DNA of 64,000 bases from Octopus sinensis (taxonomy: Eukaryota): contig NC_042997.1 in assembly GCF_006345805.1 (NCBI RefSeq), forward strand, positions 45,136,001 to 45,200,000. The letters run 5' to 3'. This document shows positions 1 to 14,460 of this stretch, one piece after another (within the stretch, counting starts at the first letter, position 1; the number at the start of each line of letters is the position of its first letter). Below the pieces are notes generated by a model, which was given only the letters and a program-made list of their open reading frames with translations, was not told the origin of the DNA and ran no database searches. Position numbers and translations under genes: made by a program.

Positions 1-208
1 GACACACAAACACACACACATACATACATACATACATATATATATACATATATACGACAGGCTTCTTTCAGTTTCCGTCTACCAAATCCACTCACAAGGC
101 ATTGGTCGGCTCGGGGCTATAGTAGAAGACACTTGCCCAAGATGCCACGCAGTGGGATTGAACCCGGAACCATGTGGTTGGTTAGCAAGCTACTTACCAC
201 ACAGCCAC
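1..208 (-). mobile_element. SINE family A (tRNA-like head, internal TA/TG microsatellite), cut by window edge
   Basis: Near-identical to the copies at 8k, 17k, 44k, 58k and 61k; head has A-box-like TGGCTGTGTGG and B-box-like GGTTCAATCCC. Confidence 0.85.
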
Positions 209-1295
209 AAGACAGAGGAGATAAACACTGAATTTGAAATCAATCATAAAAAGAATGTAGTGAGTGAGGGATATATTGATTGGAGGTATCCCATGTTTCA
301 GCCTTCTTATATATCTTCAGTAAAGCATATACTTCACCAGTACAGCTAAACTAAGTGGATTACAGAGATAACTTTGTGTGTGTATGTGTGCACATGAGGG
401 AAAGAGAGATTCAGTGTAATTGTAGATTACTTTCTTTTAATTCATGGTTAATGACTTTATGAGTTGTTAGTATATTTATTAGCATCCGTAAAATCACTTA
501 AAAATTTTTATGAATTAATTTTATTTATTCTTGGAATGGAGGCAATGTTTCTATTTTTTGAATTTAAGATATCTCCTTTAAAATTCCTTCATTCACTTTA
601 AATTGAGTGTTCCTTTGATTTTTACAGTTAAATTTATATCTGTTGTTTACTTGTGTTAGTGGAAGAGAAATATACTTTTGTTTGGTAGGCACCGTAATAG
701 TACCTAACATTTAATTCTTGTATCCATTATTATTTGCATTTTGTGTCAGATATCTAATTTCATTTCAATATGAATGAGTGTTAGAAGACTTTTAAAAGTA
801 CTTTTGGACAAGTTGTGTATAGTTTACATAGCGCAAAAACAAAAATCCATAAGCTAAGGAAACTTGAAGAAAAATTAGTAAAAGATGTATTGGTTTACTT
901 TTAATACCACATACATACGCACACACATGCAAGCTTTAACATGTCATAGGAGATTCTCAAAAAGTGTGTTTCTTTTGAATGTCCATATATCTAGTTACAC
1001 AAGAAGGAAAAATATTCTCTTTCACTCTTTCTCACCAAATCTCTCAATCAATCTTACCTCATACATCTACCTGTACGTATAGAGTGGCCTGAAAGTCAGT
1101 GAAGGTTGTGCTTTTGTTATTTACTGCATGGAGTTTGGGAGAATACAAAAATATACACATAATAAAAAAAAAAAAAGGTGTTCAGTGACTTTTGAGCCAA
1201 CACATTTGTGAACCTACACCCACATACAAATATCCATGGATATATTTACAAACACGCATATGTTCACAGTAACTATGTATGTGTGTATATGTCTC

Positions 1296-1770
<475 letters not shown>

Positions 1771-2758
1771 ACATACACACACATGTATGTATATCCTTCT
1801 AGTCAGCATACATTCATATTAGGAGCTTTTGCACTTTTCATACACATCTTACTAAGATAGGAGATAAAATATGATTGCATATCATTTCTTTACACACGTG
1901 TTTGCCTATCAGTTCTTGCGATGTGGTTTTTGCTGTTTATTAATGCCCTTGCTCCCTTGTATGAAATATGTGATAAGAAATGAAATTGATGAAGAGACTG
2001 ACTACTATCACACAACAACAAAAAAAAAAGAGAGAGAGAGAGAAAGAAAGAAAATCTCCAGTATTACATGGGAGCTTATCTATCGATATTAAAATGTAAT
2101 TATCAACCAAAATATAAAGAAAGCTCATGAAAGACTGGAAATATGAATAGGAATACTTTCTCTCCTTTTCCTGTTTCTGATATATTTATAAAAAGGGATT
2201 TTGCATCCATTTTTCCACTGAGGATTTTAAACATGTACATTATGCTACAGATTGCTAGGATAGATATTCCATACTTTGATGCTTCTATCTAATTGCTAAA
2301 TACTAAAACCACAAGTTAGTTGATCTTTTTTCCCCTAACCACAGGAGATTCTAGCAGGAAATTAGTGTGCTGCAAGTAATTCTGCCAGAAAGTCCAAATA
2401 CCATTTCTGAAGCTAGGTAAACAGTGAAAAGGCAGAAGTAAATCTCTAAACAAAGAACTTATAACCCTTAGATTGGTAATTCATTAAACCTGTAGTTCTC
2501 AAAGTGACAAATACCAACCCACCCCAATATTAGAGAGAGGTCTCTTGATGCATCCTCTCACAGTATTTATTTATTAATGAGAAGACAAAATAAATTTTAT
2601 CTCCATATATTTCTTTATTCACCAAGGTGTTTGACGAGAATAAAAGTTGGAGACCATCTTAATTTTATTAAACAAGGCAATTTGTCCACCATCTTCCTTT
2701 TCCATCCACACAGCTTTCCCAACCCCCAAAAGGCTCATCCCTATGAGGAATACTTTAA

Positions 2759-2963
2759 CCCTTTCGTTACCAATCCAGCTCTTTAGTACAAATGTCTTGT
2801 TTTCATAAGTTTTGAATTAAAATCTTCCACCAAACCTTAGTCACAATTTATTTTCCTAACACTAGCTGAATGATAACTAAGTTATTTTACTAAATTCTTT
2901 GTTATGTTTAAAGTAACTGAAAGAAACACAGAGCATCTCAACAGAAATAGGGTAACAAAAGGG
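2759..2963. mobile_element. piggyBac-type MITE
   Basis: TTAA|CCCTTTCGTTACC ... GGTAACAAAAGGG|TTAA: terminal inverted repeats with TTAA target duplication. Confidence 0.8.
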
Positions 2964-3039
2964 TTAAATGACATTGCGTTTACTAAAGTGATTAGTAATA
3001 GTCCATCCATCTAGCCATCCTCTCTGCCCACTATTTCTG

Positions 3040-3215
3040 GGAAGGTCATCGGAGTAGAGTCCTCAGGCACTTCCTCCAAAGTGTCATATCTGCAGCAAAT
3101 GTCATTAGATTTTCCAACTGGATTCCAAAGCATGACAAGCTGAGACTATGGATATTATGGAACCATCTTGTTCTTGATCTACCCCTAGGTCTCTCCAGCA
3201 GGTTGGTTTGGCTTG
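3040..3215 (-). mobile_element. RTE-clade LINE ORF C-terminal relic
   Basis: RPRGRSRTRWFHNIHSL...LWRKCL resembles the RTE C-terminal GRPRxRWxD motif. Confidence 0.55.
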
Positions 3216-4269
3216 AAGAATCCATCTTGTGATTCATTCTTGTGACATTCTAATGACACGTTCATTAGTAGTATTGAATATTAAAATATAAATTAGTGTG
3301 ATGGTGGTTGTGGTGGGGAACTATGTCAGTCGAGATTTACCATTCCTCTAGATATGTATATAGAGGCCTGAGTAAGATTTTTGAGGAAGTCAGGCAGTTG
3401 CCCAAGTGTGTAAGTTTCTTTTTTCCATGCCACTAATGTTGTCCAAATGGAAGAATGTCGACTTGGACTGATGTCAATTGGTATCGAAGTTATTGCAGGC
3501 ATGACCGTTAGAAATAAAGAACTGGAACAAATGTTCAGGCAATCCATTCCACTGGTTTCTTCATCTTTTTTTTTTTAATGACCTCTGAGTGGAAAGTTGA
3601 CTTGAAAGCTGACCTTGGTGGGATCTGAATTCAAAGAGCAAAGAGTCAGAACAAACACTGCAAGGCATTCTATCCAAAGCTTTAATGACATTGCCAGGCT
3701 GCTGCTGTTTTGGAATGATAGAAACAATAGAATCTTGTGGCATTTATTTGGTTACCTACATTTACCTTGTGATTTAAAACAATGCAACCAGATACATTGC
3801 TTATCATTCCTTCAGGATCGATAAAATAAGTATGAGTTCTTGTACCAGAATAAATTTAATCATCCATACCATTTCCTTACAAATTTGAGGTTTTGTATTA
3901 CTATAGGAAATCAATATTTACTTATAGCTATGTCAACATTTACAAAGACGTTATCATTACATCAGCTACTGCAAATGAAAGAAATAAGAAAAGCCCCCTA
4001 TTGTCTTAAAACCAAAGACACAATGGACAACATAGACCTAGGTATACAAAGAAAAGATAGGATGGTCACAAATGGAACAATGCCTTTGATTATAGTTTTG
4101 AGTTCTTAAATTTAGAGAGGAGATTAGCTTTACTGACAGAAGAAAGACAAAAAATAATAGTGGGTCCTACTGATTTTTTAATTGACTGTACAGAAGACAT
4201 GTGTGTGTGTGTTTGTGTGTGATTGGGTATATAAATATATATATATATGTATGTATTTATATATATATA

Positions 4270-5080
4270 TAGGCTGCAGTGAATAAACTGTCGTCTAAAT
4301 TACACAAGTTGCAGTCTGGGGAGTTACCCAGCCTGATATTAGGGGTGATGTGGTTGCAGAAATTGTCTTATAGTCACGACTGGGTTCTCCTACTTGTGTG
4401 GCATGGTGCAGAGTTACCAGACATAGAGACATCCAGCAGCCACCCTATTAACCCAGGGCAAGACTACCTCCTCCAGGAACCTGATGGAGGCTTCCGTGTT
4501 GAGTCTGAGGCCATGTGGGAAGATGAATGGAGGCATAACATTGCCATCACTAGTGATCACTCTAAATACCACGATGTTGACTGGATGTTTGATTTTTATC
4601 ACTCTTGGTCCAAGCACTCTGAAATGTTCGTATTGGAGCGTCCAGTGCAAATACCAAGCAGTACAGCAGGTAGTTTCCAAATTTCTTATTTCTTTATTGC
4701 CCACAAGGGGCTAAACACAGAGGGGACAAACAAGGACAGACAAACGGATTAGTTGATTACACTGACTCCAGTGCATAACTGGTACTTAATTTATCAACCC
4801 CGAAAGGATGAAAGCAAAGTCGACCTCGATGGAATTCGAACTCAGAATGTAAAGACAGATGAAATACCACAAAGCATTTCGCCTGGCGTGCTAACGTTTG
4901 TGCCAGCTCGCCACCTTGATTCCAGAATTCTGCCAGAAATTTGGAAACAAATTGCGTCATGGTGCTGTTTTTCTCACTGACGGTGCTCAACCAACCCTGC
5001 TGTATTGTGGAGTCAACAAAAAAACAATGCACATGCGCAAAATAAAAATTATAAAATGGCAACAATTTACTCATTCCACC
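4270..5080 (-). mobile_element. Internally deleted Tc1/mariner transposon (probably DD37D/maT-like), interrupted by a SINE B
   Basis: KHPVNIVVFRVITSDGNVMPPFIFPHGLRLNTEA..LEEVVLPWV..VAAG catalytic-domain relic followed by degenerate QQDSAPCH/NSPDCN motifs; MTQF start near 4960; imperfect TIRs at about 4270 and 5075. Confidence 0.75.
4681..4915 (-). mobile_element. SINE family B (tRNA-like head GGCGGCGAGCTGGCAGA)
   Basis: Matches the copies at 26.2k, 40.4k and 55.0k; B-box-like GAGTTCGAATTCC. Confidence 0.85.
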
Positions 5081-5790
5081 TTTTCTTGCCATCACTGCTC
5101 ACCCTCCCACCACCCACACTCCCTCCCTATTTTTCTAACCAGGTTCTATGTTTATATCCTTGTTACTTGTCAGTATAACCTAGCACTACACCACCTCTCT
5201 TCTGCTCTCCCTTACACTTTTGCTATTTCCTACTCTCTCTCTCTCTCTTTCCCTTTGGTCACTCTTCTCTCTCCTTCTCTTGTTTTTCCTCTGACTAAGT
5301 AACCAAGTATCACCTTTACAGCAGCACACTTGTTTCTGGTCTCTTTCTGTACCTCTCTCTCTCTCACTTACTGGGTAACCATGTACCTCCTCTATAGCAA
5401 GACACCTACTTCTGCCTCTCTATTTCTATGCTACACTCTAACCTTTCGTCATCTGATACTGGATCCCCTCCTCTAATGCTCCCTCTGTTGTGGCAAGACA
5501 CCTGCTTCTGTCTCTCTGTCACTTTCTAACTTTCAACCTCTGACACAAATGCTCTTTCCCTGCTCATAATTCCTTGTCTTGTGAGTTACTTGGTTGTCCT
5601 GCCAGTGCTGGTACCATTTTAAAAGTATCTAGTCCACACTGTAATGTGATTGGCATCTGGAATGGCATCCAGCTGTAAAAATCTTGCCAAAACTAACTTT
5701 GCTTGTGCAAGTGCTGCATAAAAAGCACGGAATTCGCTCTGTGAAATGGGTGATGTTAGGAAGGGCATCCAGCCAAAAATCCCTGCCAAA
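5080..5790 (+). mobile_element. Pyrimidine-rich RTE LINE 3' UTR relic
   Basis: Similar organisation to 34100-34915, ending in the aggaagggcatccagc terminal motif. Confidence 0.5.
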
Positions 5791-6938
5791 ACAGACACAG
5801 TTGCTTTGGGTAGATTTCTGATATGTCCTGCATTATGATTACATATCTTGTCATCCCCATGACTGGCCTCTACGGCATACCTTGCCAACTGACACTGCTT
5901 GCTGTGTCTGTCCACTATCTATCCATAGTAGAACAGCCCACTTCTCACTTGGGGGTGTCCACCACAACACCTCCCCACTTTGAGATGAAAAGTAAAGCTG
6001 TTCTCACTACAATCTGAACTCAAGTTCACATCCTAACCACAGGGTTTTGGATTTAGTTTCAAAATGTGGTACCTTGGGCAAGTGTTTTCTCCATTAGTCC
6101 TGGGCCGATGAAAGCCTTGTGATTGGATTTGGTAGTTGGAAACTATATGAAGCCCTTCATTGTAAACAAGCATCACCATCACACACATGATGCCCTTAAT
6201 TTTCAATCTTCTGTAAAAACATGTTTGGCCTTGGGAAAATATTACCATGCTCAGAAACAGGTCAGGGTTGGCAACAGGAAGGCATCCAGCCATGGAAAGT
6301 ATGCCTCAACAAAGTCAATCTGATCCATGCAAGCATGGAAAAATAGCCTTTGAAATGATGACAATGATGACTATGAATGCAAAAAATCTGGAACAAATGT
6401 TGTTAGGCATTCTGTTTGCAGTTCTAATGATTCTGCTAAACCACCACCCATACCATATAATAATAACAATAACTATATCTCAAGCAGAAAAGAAGTAATT
6501 TCCATCAAGAAGGTATAAGAAAATATACTTAAGTTTTTTGTTCAGTAACATACAGGAATACATACAAGCAATGATATAACAACTTTTGACTGAAGTAGTT
6601 TAAAAACCATTTTATCCAATTTTATCTGTGAATTCATTCAGTTTTGGCTCTAAGGTAGCTAGTATTTAAATTTAAAAAAAGCATCTTTCTGAACAATAGA
6701 GTAATTGAATAAAAAACATCTTTCTGAACAATGGGGTTTGGTATCCAGTTAAATTATGAATTATAAGTAGCTCTAATAATGCAAATGTTATCGAATTTGT
6801 AAAAATTATAAACAAATAAACAAAGCAAAAATAAAAAGCAAAAGAAAAAAAAACATAGAACATGTTTAGAACTATAACATGCATAAAAAAATGGCTTCCC
6901 CACCACTGAAAAACAAAAATAGTCATGTATAAGAATAC

Positions 6939-7080
6939 CTGTTAGAGGATGTAATTTCTTCAGCATTTAAGTACCACTGAATGTGAGGTTTTGGTGTTCC
7001 AAAGGCAGTGCAGTGCAGTTGCACATTGCTACCATAATCTGGTCTAGATTTGACTTCATCAGCTTCAATGAATGGAGGCA
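6939..7080 (-). CDS. sdk: Sidekick-like protein, exon encoding N-terminal half of Ig4 (gene continues beyond position 1)
   Basis: cttccag acceptor with a long pyrimidine tract and GTATTC donor; 142 nt, phase 1/2. (V)PPFIEADEVKSRPDYGSNVQLHCTAFGTPKPHIQWYLNAEEITSSN(R); in frame with the 44239 donor across a 37,158-nt intron. Confidence 0.85.
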
Positions 7081-7099
7081 CTGGAAGAGAGAAAGAAAT

Positions 7100-7135
<36 letters not shown>

Positions 7136-7179
7136 CATATGTTTTATTGGCTAAACTGGCAACATGACCATTCCTAAAT

Positions 7180-7257
<78 letters not shown>

Positions 7258-7419
7258 TATATATATATATATATATGTACATATATTATTAAATAATAAA
7301 ATGAATGGTTTATACCTGGTAACTTACTCATAAAGCACAATCACTTTCACAGTGTTCATTGTGTATTTGGTTAATGAGAGACTAATAAAAATTCTCATAT
7401 CTTCCATCTCTCATTAACC

Positions 7420-7453
<34 letters not shown>

Positions 7454-7965
7454 ATCTACAGAGAGAGAGAGGCAAAACAATATTTAACACAGTAATTTTG
7501 GCTGTCAGATCAAAACTTTTTGCCCTTTTAATAAACCTTTGATTAGACAAAGAGAACTTACTTTCTTCTGAATGACAAAGATACATAAAACCTGTAACTA
7601 TTTCCAAATTTTATAATTTTAAACAGATGAAAACTTATTTCTGGATAGAAGGATGAGCTAGTGGATGTAAATTTTTCAGCTGAAGGATTGACCTAGCACT
7701 GCAAGCCAATATATTTCTTATTAATTCCAAAGTACTCATGATGTGATTCGAACCTGTTGGATAACCAGCCTCTGGATGGTTATCTAGTACTCTATATACT
7801 TGACCAAAATGACAAACCAACAGAACCATCAGTACGATGGTTAGAATGGAATGAGATGATTAGGGTGTGGCTGTTTGAACACTGGTGATTCGGTATGGCT
7901 GACTGGACACTGAACCTGTTTTGACTTTTTAGTATTGGAGACACACACACACACACACACACATA

Positions 7966-8384
7966 TTCTCTCTTTACTTACTTGTTTCAGTCATTTGACT
8001 GTGGCCATGCTGGAGCACCGCCTTTAGTCGAGTAAATCGACCCCGGGACTTATTCTTTGTAAGCCCAGTACTTATTCTATCGGTCACTTTTGCCGAACCG
8101 CTAAGTGACGGGGACGTAAACACACCAGCATCGGTTGTCAAGCAATGCTAGGGGGACAAACACAGACACGCAAACACACATGCATACACACACATATATA
8201 TATATATATACATATATACGACAGGCTTCTTTCAGTTTCCGTCTACCAAATCCACTCACAAGGCATTGGTCGGCCCGGGGCTATAGCCGAAGACATTTGC
8301 CCAAGATGCCACACAGTGGGACTGTACCCGGAACCATGTGGTTGGTTAGCAAGCTACTTACCACACAGCCACTCCTGCACCTAT
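7966..8384 (-). mobile_element. SINE family A, full length
   Basis: Head taggtgcaggagtggctgtgtgg through the (AAAGAG)-type tail. Confidence 0.9.
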
Positions 8385-9584
8385 GCACAGAAACATATAT
8401 AAAGAAGGGGAGAGCAGCAGAGGGACTTTATAATTTACTAATAAAACATGACTGATATAAACACTTGCCCTCTTCTCATACACATAAAGAGAAATATGCT
8501 CAGAGAGAGAGAGAGGGAGAGGGAGAGGAAGAGAGAGTAAAAGAAACATTCAAATGTGCAATGTCAAATAAGTCAGCATTAACTCAGCGACATCAAATAA
8601 GTGGTGCCAAAATGGCTGAGTCAAAATGTCTCATGACCTGGACAGAATGTCTCCTGATCTGGACAGAATGTCACATGTTATTTGTTCTGAAGTTCAAATG
8701 TGACTTCCATCTTGTTTTTTTTGGGGGGGGGGAGTGGGTCGATAAAGACATACAGATCCAAGGACAGTAGATTGGAAGCATCCCTTGTAGTCCAGCAACA
8801 TTGCTTGTGATGACAGTAGTGCTAAGCTGTATTGACCTAAGTCAGGAGCCTTTCTCTTTCTTGGACAAACATTGTCGGTGTGGAGGGGTGGTGACGTCCA
8901 TGTTTGGACAATTGCCCATTGACAAAAACAAAAAAAAATGTTGCTCTGTCTTGTACGTACATGTGCAAATACATGGACAACCTTGACGAAAGGAGAACCC
9001 ATCTACCTTATGAATTTAGTGTATATTACACTTTCTGATTAAAAAAAATTGATAGACTTGGGCATCAGTGTCAAGTTACTAAGTCTATTTTACAACTATA
9101 TGGTTCTGGTTTCAATCCTACAGTGTGGTATATTGAGTAATTTTTTTTTTCTACCTGGGTAGATCAATGCTTTGTGAATGAAATATGATGGAAAGATGCA
9201 CTGCATATAAGCCCATTGTATGTGTGTGTGTGTGTGTTTGCGTGTAAGAATTTGAGTGTTTTTGCATTCCTTTACTTCAAAAAGTAACTTCACCATTCAA
9301 TAAATACAGACTGCTAACACAGCTCCAGACTGAACTAAATCCTGGAGGTTGATGTGACTGACTACAACCCCTGAAGGCTGCAGTTCAGTGACTGAAAACA
9401 GTAAAGGCATAAAAGACTACATATATAATTAAAAAAGAATGAGTCATGTCTTTTATATTTCACAAATACTATATCGACCAATTGGCAAGATGGCAGAGGT
9501 AAAAACAGCTGAGTGATTAAACAAACCCTTAGACTGTGTGTTCGATTCTACATTATTTTATATTATTAGATGTATATTTATATC

Positions 9585-9877
9585 ACGTGACAACGTGACC
9601 GACCAGACCATCAGATGTTTTTACACATCGCTGGTCACAATGCGTTCGCATTGTTTTAGCCTTTGAATGACGCCACCCCGCTGGCTAAGCGAGCAGGCCA
9701 ACAGAAGAAAGAGTGATGAAAGAGTACAGCAGGGATCACCACACCCTGCCGGAGCATCGTGGAGCTTTTAGGTGTTTTTGCTCAATAAACACTCACAACG
9801 CCCGGTTTGGGAATCGAAACCGCGATCCTACGACCGCGAGTCCGCTGCCCTAACCACTGGGCCATTGCGCCTCCACG
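9585..9877 (-). mobile_element. SINE family D (tRNA-like head GGAGGCGCAATGGCCCAGTGGTTAGGG...GGTTTCGATTCC)
   Basis: A/B boxes present; partial copies at 28585-28700, 38815-38962 and 46140-46470. Confidence 0.8.
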
Positions 9878-12800
9878 TATGTTCATATATCATTAGATAT
9901 TATATTTCTATATATTACTTATTGGAATTAGTATCTGGATTATCTGGAGAAAGGTTATCAATACCAGACAAGAATTGAATTTAATGGAAAATTTCTCTCT
10001 TCTAAACTTAATGCTACATAGCTGGAGATAAGTACTAGCCTCAAGAAGCCAAATGATTCCAGAAATTTTTAAATGACTTTTTAAACAATACAGTCAATAT
10101 GGAAATAAAGATCATTGAGGTAGTTAAGTGAGAATGATAGACAGCTTCGCATGAGTATACAAATGGTTGGGTATTTTATTTTGCAATCGTATGGTTCTCG
10201 GTTTAATCATACTGCACAGCACTTTAAGTAAGAATCTACTATCATATCCTTGGGTTACCTGAATACTTGCAAGTGAAATGGTGTAGACTGAAACTATATA
10301 GAAGGAAGCCTGTCACGTGTACAGTACCTATTTTTAGACAGTAGATTTAACCCACTGCTCAGCTTAACACCACCATCTGGCTATTGAATGCTATTAGGAA
10401 ACCCACTCTGCTGCCATCTTCCAGTCTAAAGATAACCCCTGTAATATGGTTTCTGCCTCCTTTTTCACTCCATCAATCATGGATATCCTGCACATGGTTG
10501 GGGTGCTACTTTTCTTTCTTTGACTAAATCATAAAAAGAAAAGAAAAGAAATCCATCTTCAAACATTACCTTGCTATTTGTGGTATATGCTGCAGCATGA
10601 TGGTAATTTTCAATGAGAGCTTTGTTAGTGACATGGTTCGAATTCCAAGTTGGAACCCTTTTGATTGCATTGTTAATGTCAGTGCAGATACAGAGTCATC
10701 ATGGCAACATATTTCACTAATTTTATAAATCTGAAAAGTTACGTCTCATATACTTTAACTGATTTGAATCACTGGAGGGCAGGTGGGCTGGGGTACTGCC
10801 TTTAAGGGGGTTTTAGTTGATTACATTGACTACTGTACTTAGTTTGGTACTTGTTTATCAACCTCAGATGAAAAGGACAAATGGCGAAGTTGGTCTGGAA
10901 TAATGGACATAACAGAATGGCTTTAAATGCAATCAGGTACTTTTGTTGGATGCTCATCCTATGCCAAAACACACACACACACATGCATGCATGTATGCAT
11001 ATACATCTCATTGGTTTCTACTCAATTCTGTTAACCAAATTTCATTAGCAAGGCCTTAGTAACCAAAGTATAAGGAGCCATGCAGAGTGGAATTGGGTTC
11101 AGCACTATGTGGTTGTAGAGAGAACACACCCATGCCTGTGCTCTTCAAAGAAATTGTAAAAATAAATTTCATCTCACAGATTTCCCTTAGAGTAGTATAT
11201 TTAGACAACAGGAAAAGCAAAAGAAAAGAAAAGAAAAAAGGGATTTCAGAGGGATTGAAGATCTAGAAGAGGAGGGAGACTAGATAATGTGTGAGTGGGT
11301 GGGTACAATATGGGTGATGAAAGAAGGTGAAATGAGTGATTTCGAAGGACTTAGGAGAAGGCATGAAAGCAGCCAGTCAGCCATCTCTAATGAACAGAGG
11401 CTACTGTAGTCGTGATAGAGGAGATAGAATAAGGAAACGGTACATGTGTGGGCCAGAGATTAGGGTATGTCAGGGAGCTACTTCATATCGATCATTCAAA
11501 TAGCCTTTATTTGGATGCAGTCTAGGAAGCCCAACTAATGAAAAATACACAACTGTAAGAAAAGAAAAGCTTGTTGAAAAGAGCAGAGCTTAACAATTAC
11601 AAAAGAATTTGTGTTCTTAATCACACAGCTAATATATTATTATTACATTAAAACTACTGTTGCCTCTATGCTTCTTAGATAGATATTAAAATATGTATTA
11701 TATACTTTAAACAAGCTTTTAGTTAACTACTGTTGAGTATTGTATATTTTCTCGGCAAACTGTAATTTTCAAAAGAATTTCTTACAACAATCATTATTTA
11801 ACATTCATTAAAATATTAAAAAAATAACATATTGCTTTGTGGGATATAAAAAAAAAACTATTCAATTTTTTAAGCAAAGCCTTTCACCAATCATATTAAC
11901 ATATTTCTAGTTTTACTAATTTCTTAATTTTTCTTTTGATGATTATGGTCACCATTGGTCCTTATATTATAATAATTACATTTAATTATTTTATATTTGC
12001 TGATTGAATAAGGTGTAATGACACATTTTTATATTTGAACTTTTTTCACCTGTTGTGAAGCCAAAGTTTCTTATTGATAACAAAAACATGCTTGAGAGTT
12101 TCATACCCTATATTCCTTCACTATTACTCACCCCTTAACATCACAGTCCACATTAAACAAGCAAATTCTTTACATCAATCTCAACAAGACCATGAAAATT
12201 CCATCAGCAAATAGATTAACTTAACGATGGATTATTCCATTTGTTATACCAATTATATATTAATTATAATATCTTAAAGACCAGTGTTGATTGCTTTACA
12301 GACAGTCACATTAGAGAAGAGCTAAGTTGCTTGCATTTCACATTTTATACTCTGCACAGTTAGTAAAATATGGGCCTGCTGTTACGACTATTATAAATAC
12401 AAACTATTTTATTGCTTATATTAAACAAGGATCGTTAATTAGCTTTCTTTGACAGACATCAATCACATTTTGGGGATTATCAAGCTGTAAACAAATATAT
12501 CTTTTTCGAGGAACTTTATGAGTTAGTTTTGGAACCCTTTCGGAATCAGTTGGAAGTCACTAGCAGATAATAAGTAATGTTGTATGTGTATTAATATTCA
12601 TTAGAGCTACTTTATTGCAATGCAACCATCACAAACGGTTACATACAGAAGGTGAGAACTTTGGACAGAGTTAACCAATGCATCGAGTTGTTTTATTTTG
12701 TGATGCCAACTTTACTGTCAGGCTAACACCAAAGTAAATGCTATTTGGCTGAGCTCCCTTTCTGCTCATTAACGGTAGCAAGAAAGTGTGATATTGGTTT

Positions 12801-12909
12801 TATAATTATCATCTTATTTGCTGAAGTTGATAGTTATACACTAATATTGATGATCCTGATACAATGCAAACCAGTAAAGTCATTGACTTACCCCTTTAAA
12901 ATTAAGCAC

Positions 12910-14460
12910 ACCATGGTGGATGAACAACCAGTTCACACTCCTAGCTCTCTGCCTCTACCTAGAAGTTTAGTATTTACACATGTAGTTGCAGTTAGTTTAA
13001 AAGTATCTCCTTGTTGGCTGAACAATCCCATTTTATGGTTTGCTCAAACAGAAGTACAATTTATCAACTGGAATATCATTTAACAAGACACCAAGTTTGC
13101 ATATGTGTTTGGTTCATTGCAGATTGTCAGAGGCCAAGAAGTCAATTCTCCTCCCCATAAGAATTGCTACAATGAGTTGAAAATAGAATTATCAAATGCA
13201 TTTCTGCATCAGAAAAGAAATGATTCCATCAACTATTGATTAGAGAAAAGTTGGTTGATCACAGGCCATTACAGTTACTGCATAAGATGAAACAATTGTT
13301 GAGAGAAAGTACAATGAACAATAATATTTTGAAACAATTGTTTCTTCAAAGAATCCCAACAAATATGTAACTCATCCTAACTTCCACTTCAGAAGATATT
13401 ATTTCTATTGAGCATCTTACTGATATCTCTGTAAAGATCTAGGAAGTGTCTAGGAAGTTGTTTGGTAGGAGAGGTCTCTTCTCAACTGAATCATATTTCC
13501 ACATAGTATAATACATACAGTGCTGCAACAGCAAAGATCTTCTGAAGTGAGATACTGTGTAGTTGGTCGATATCAACTGGTTGTGTGCGTACTTGCTGTA
13601 AGATATTTTCAACAGCACATGGAATGCAACGACCATAAACCACTCATATATGTCCTGCAAACAAAGTCAAACAGACACTCCCTCAAGGAGTTGCGACACT
13701 TCAACTAATTTCAGTTTACACTAAATGCAAGAACATTACCACAACTGGTAATATCAGCTCTGTACACTTCCCCATTCATTAATTACACACAGAGTCAGTG
13801 ATAAGAAAGAAAGACAATGAGAAAATCCAGTTGACATTTAATGATACTTCTTTCCTTGGAACTAAGAAAGAGCTTCACTCGAAATAGTGATGGAAATATC
13901 TGTTGTAATACAACATACAAATCACCAGATCTATTTTTGATGGGTAGTTTATTTTTTGATATTCTGCACATTCTGTCACACTCAGGAGGTTGAACTATCC
14001 AGAAACTGATTGCTTCAAGGTAAGTGTGACTAACAATTAACTAAGACATGTGGATGTAAGATTAGAACTGTGTGAAATGTTAGTATGGCATGGTTAACCA
14101 TTATGTCAAAGTCTCTGTTATTACATTTGCTATTGCAGATTCTAGCTTCTAATACATACACATCAATTTCATTAGCCCTTGTCTCCTGAGCCTGAGGCTG
14201 TGTCCATTACAGATGTTATAGCAGACAGCTATGAGACTTTTAATAGAAGTTTGAATCTCTTGACTCGATGTTCTTTCAACCATTGCATATGATAGAAGCA
14301 AAAAGTCTGGATAGTCACTTTCTGCTTTAAAGATCTCATCAACAGTTGAAAATGCACTCTAAACAGAAGTCAGCCTGGACTAGTAGCATGATCTTGTTTT
14401 CATAGTTTTGCCTGGTATCTGAGCAATGTTGGGGACTGAGTTAGATTCTACCACAGTAGT
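12910..14460 (+). mobile_element. Degenerate Ty3/gypsy retrotransposon relic (gag, RNase H and integrase fragments)
   Basis: VAVSLKVSPCWLNNPILWFAQTEVQF and ILKQLFLQRIPTN (gag); RYFQQHME..DHKPLIYVL..KSNRHSLKELRHF (RNase H); ILHILSHSG and IHINFISP (integrase H/GPLP regions); many stops and frameshifts. Confidence 0.75.

Noticed and set aside
285-325. Minus-strand CTGAAGA...GAAAC hammerhead-like spacing
   Set aside because: Stem II and stem I cannot be formed convincingly; at best a very decayed relic.
4279-4752. 157-aa plus-strand ORF
   Set aside because: It is the antisense of the mariner transposase relic running into a SINE.
8690-9002. 102-aa minus-strand ORF or BEL-like fragment
   Set aside because: No convincing motif and no splice-compatible link to the gene.
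9800-9877. Possible tRNA genes (also 54462-54530 and the SINE A/B heads)
   Set aside because: A/B boxes are present but the acceptor stems do not close, and each head continues into a multi-copy body, so these are SINE heads.
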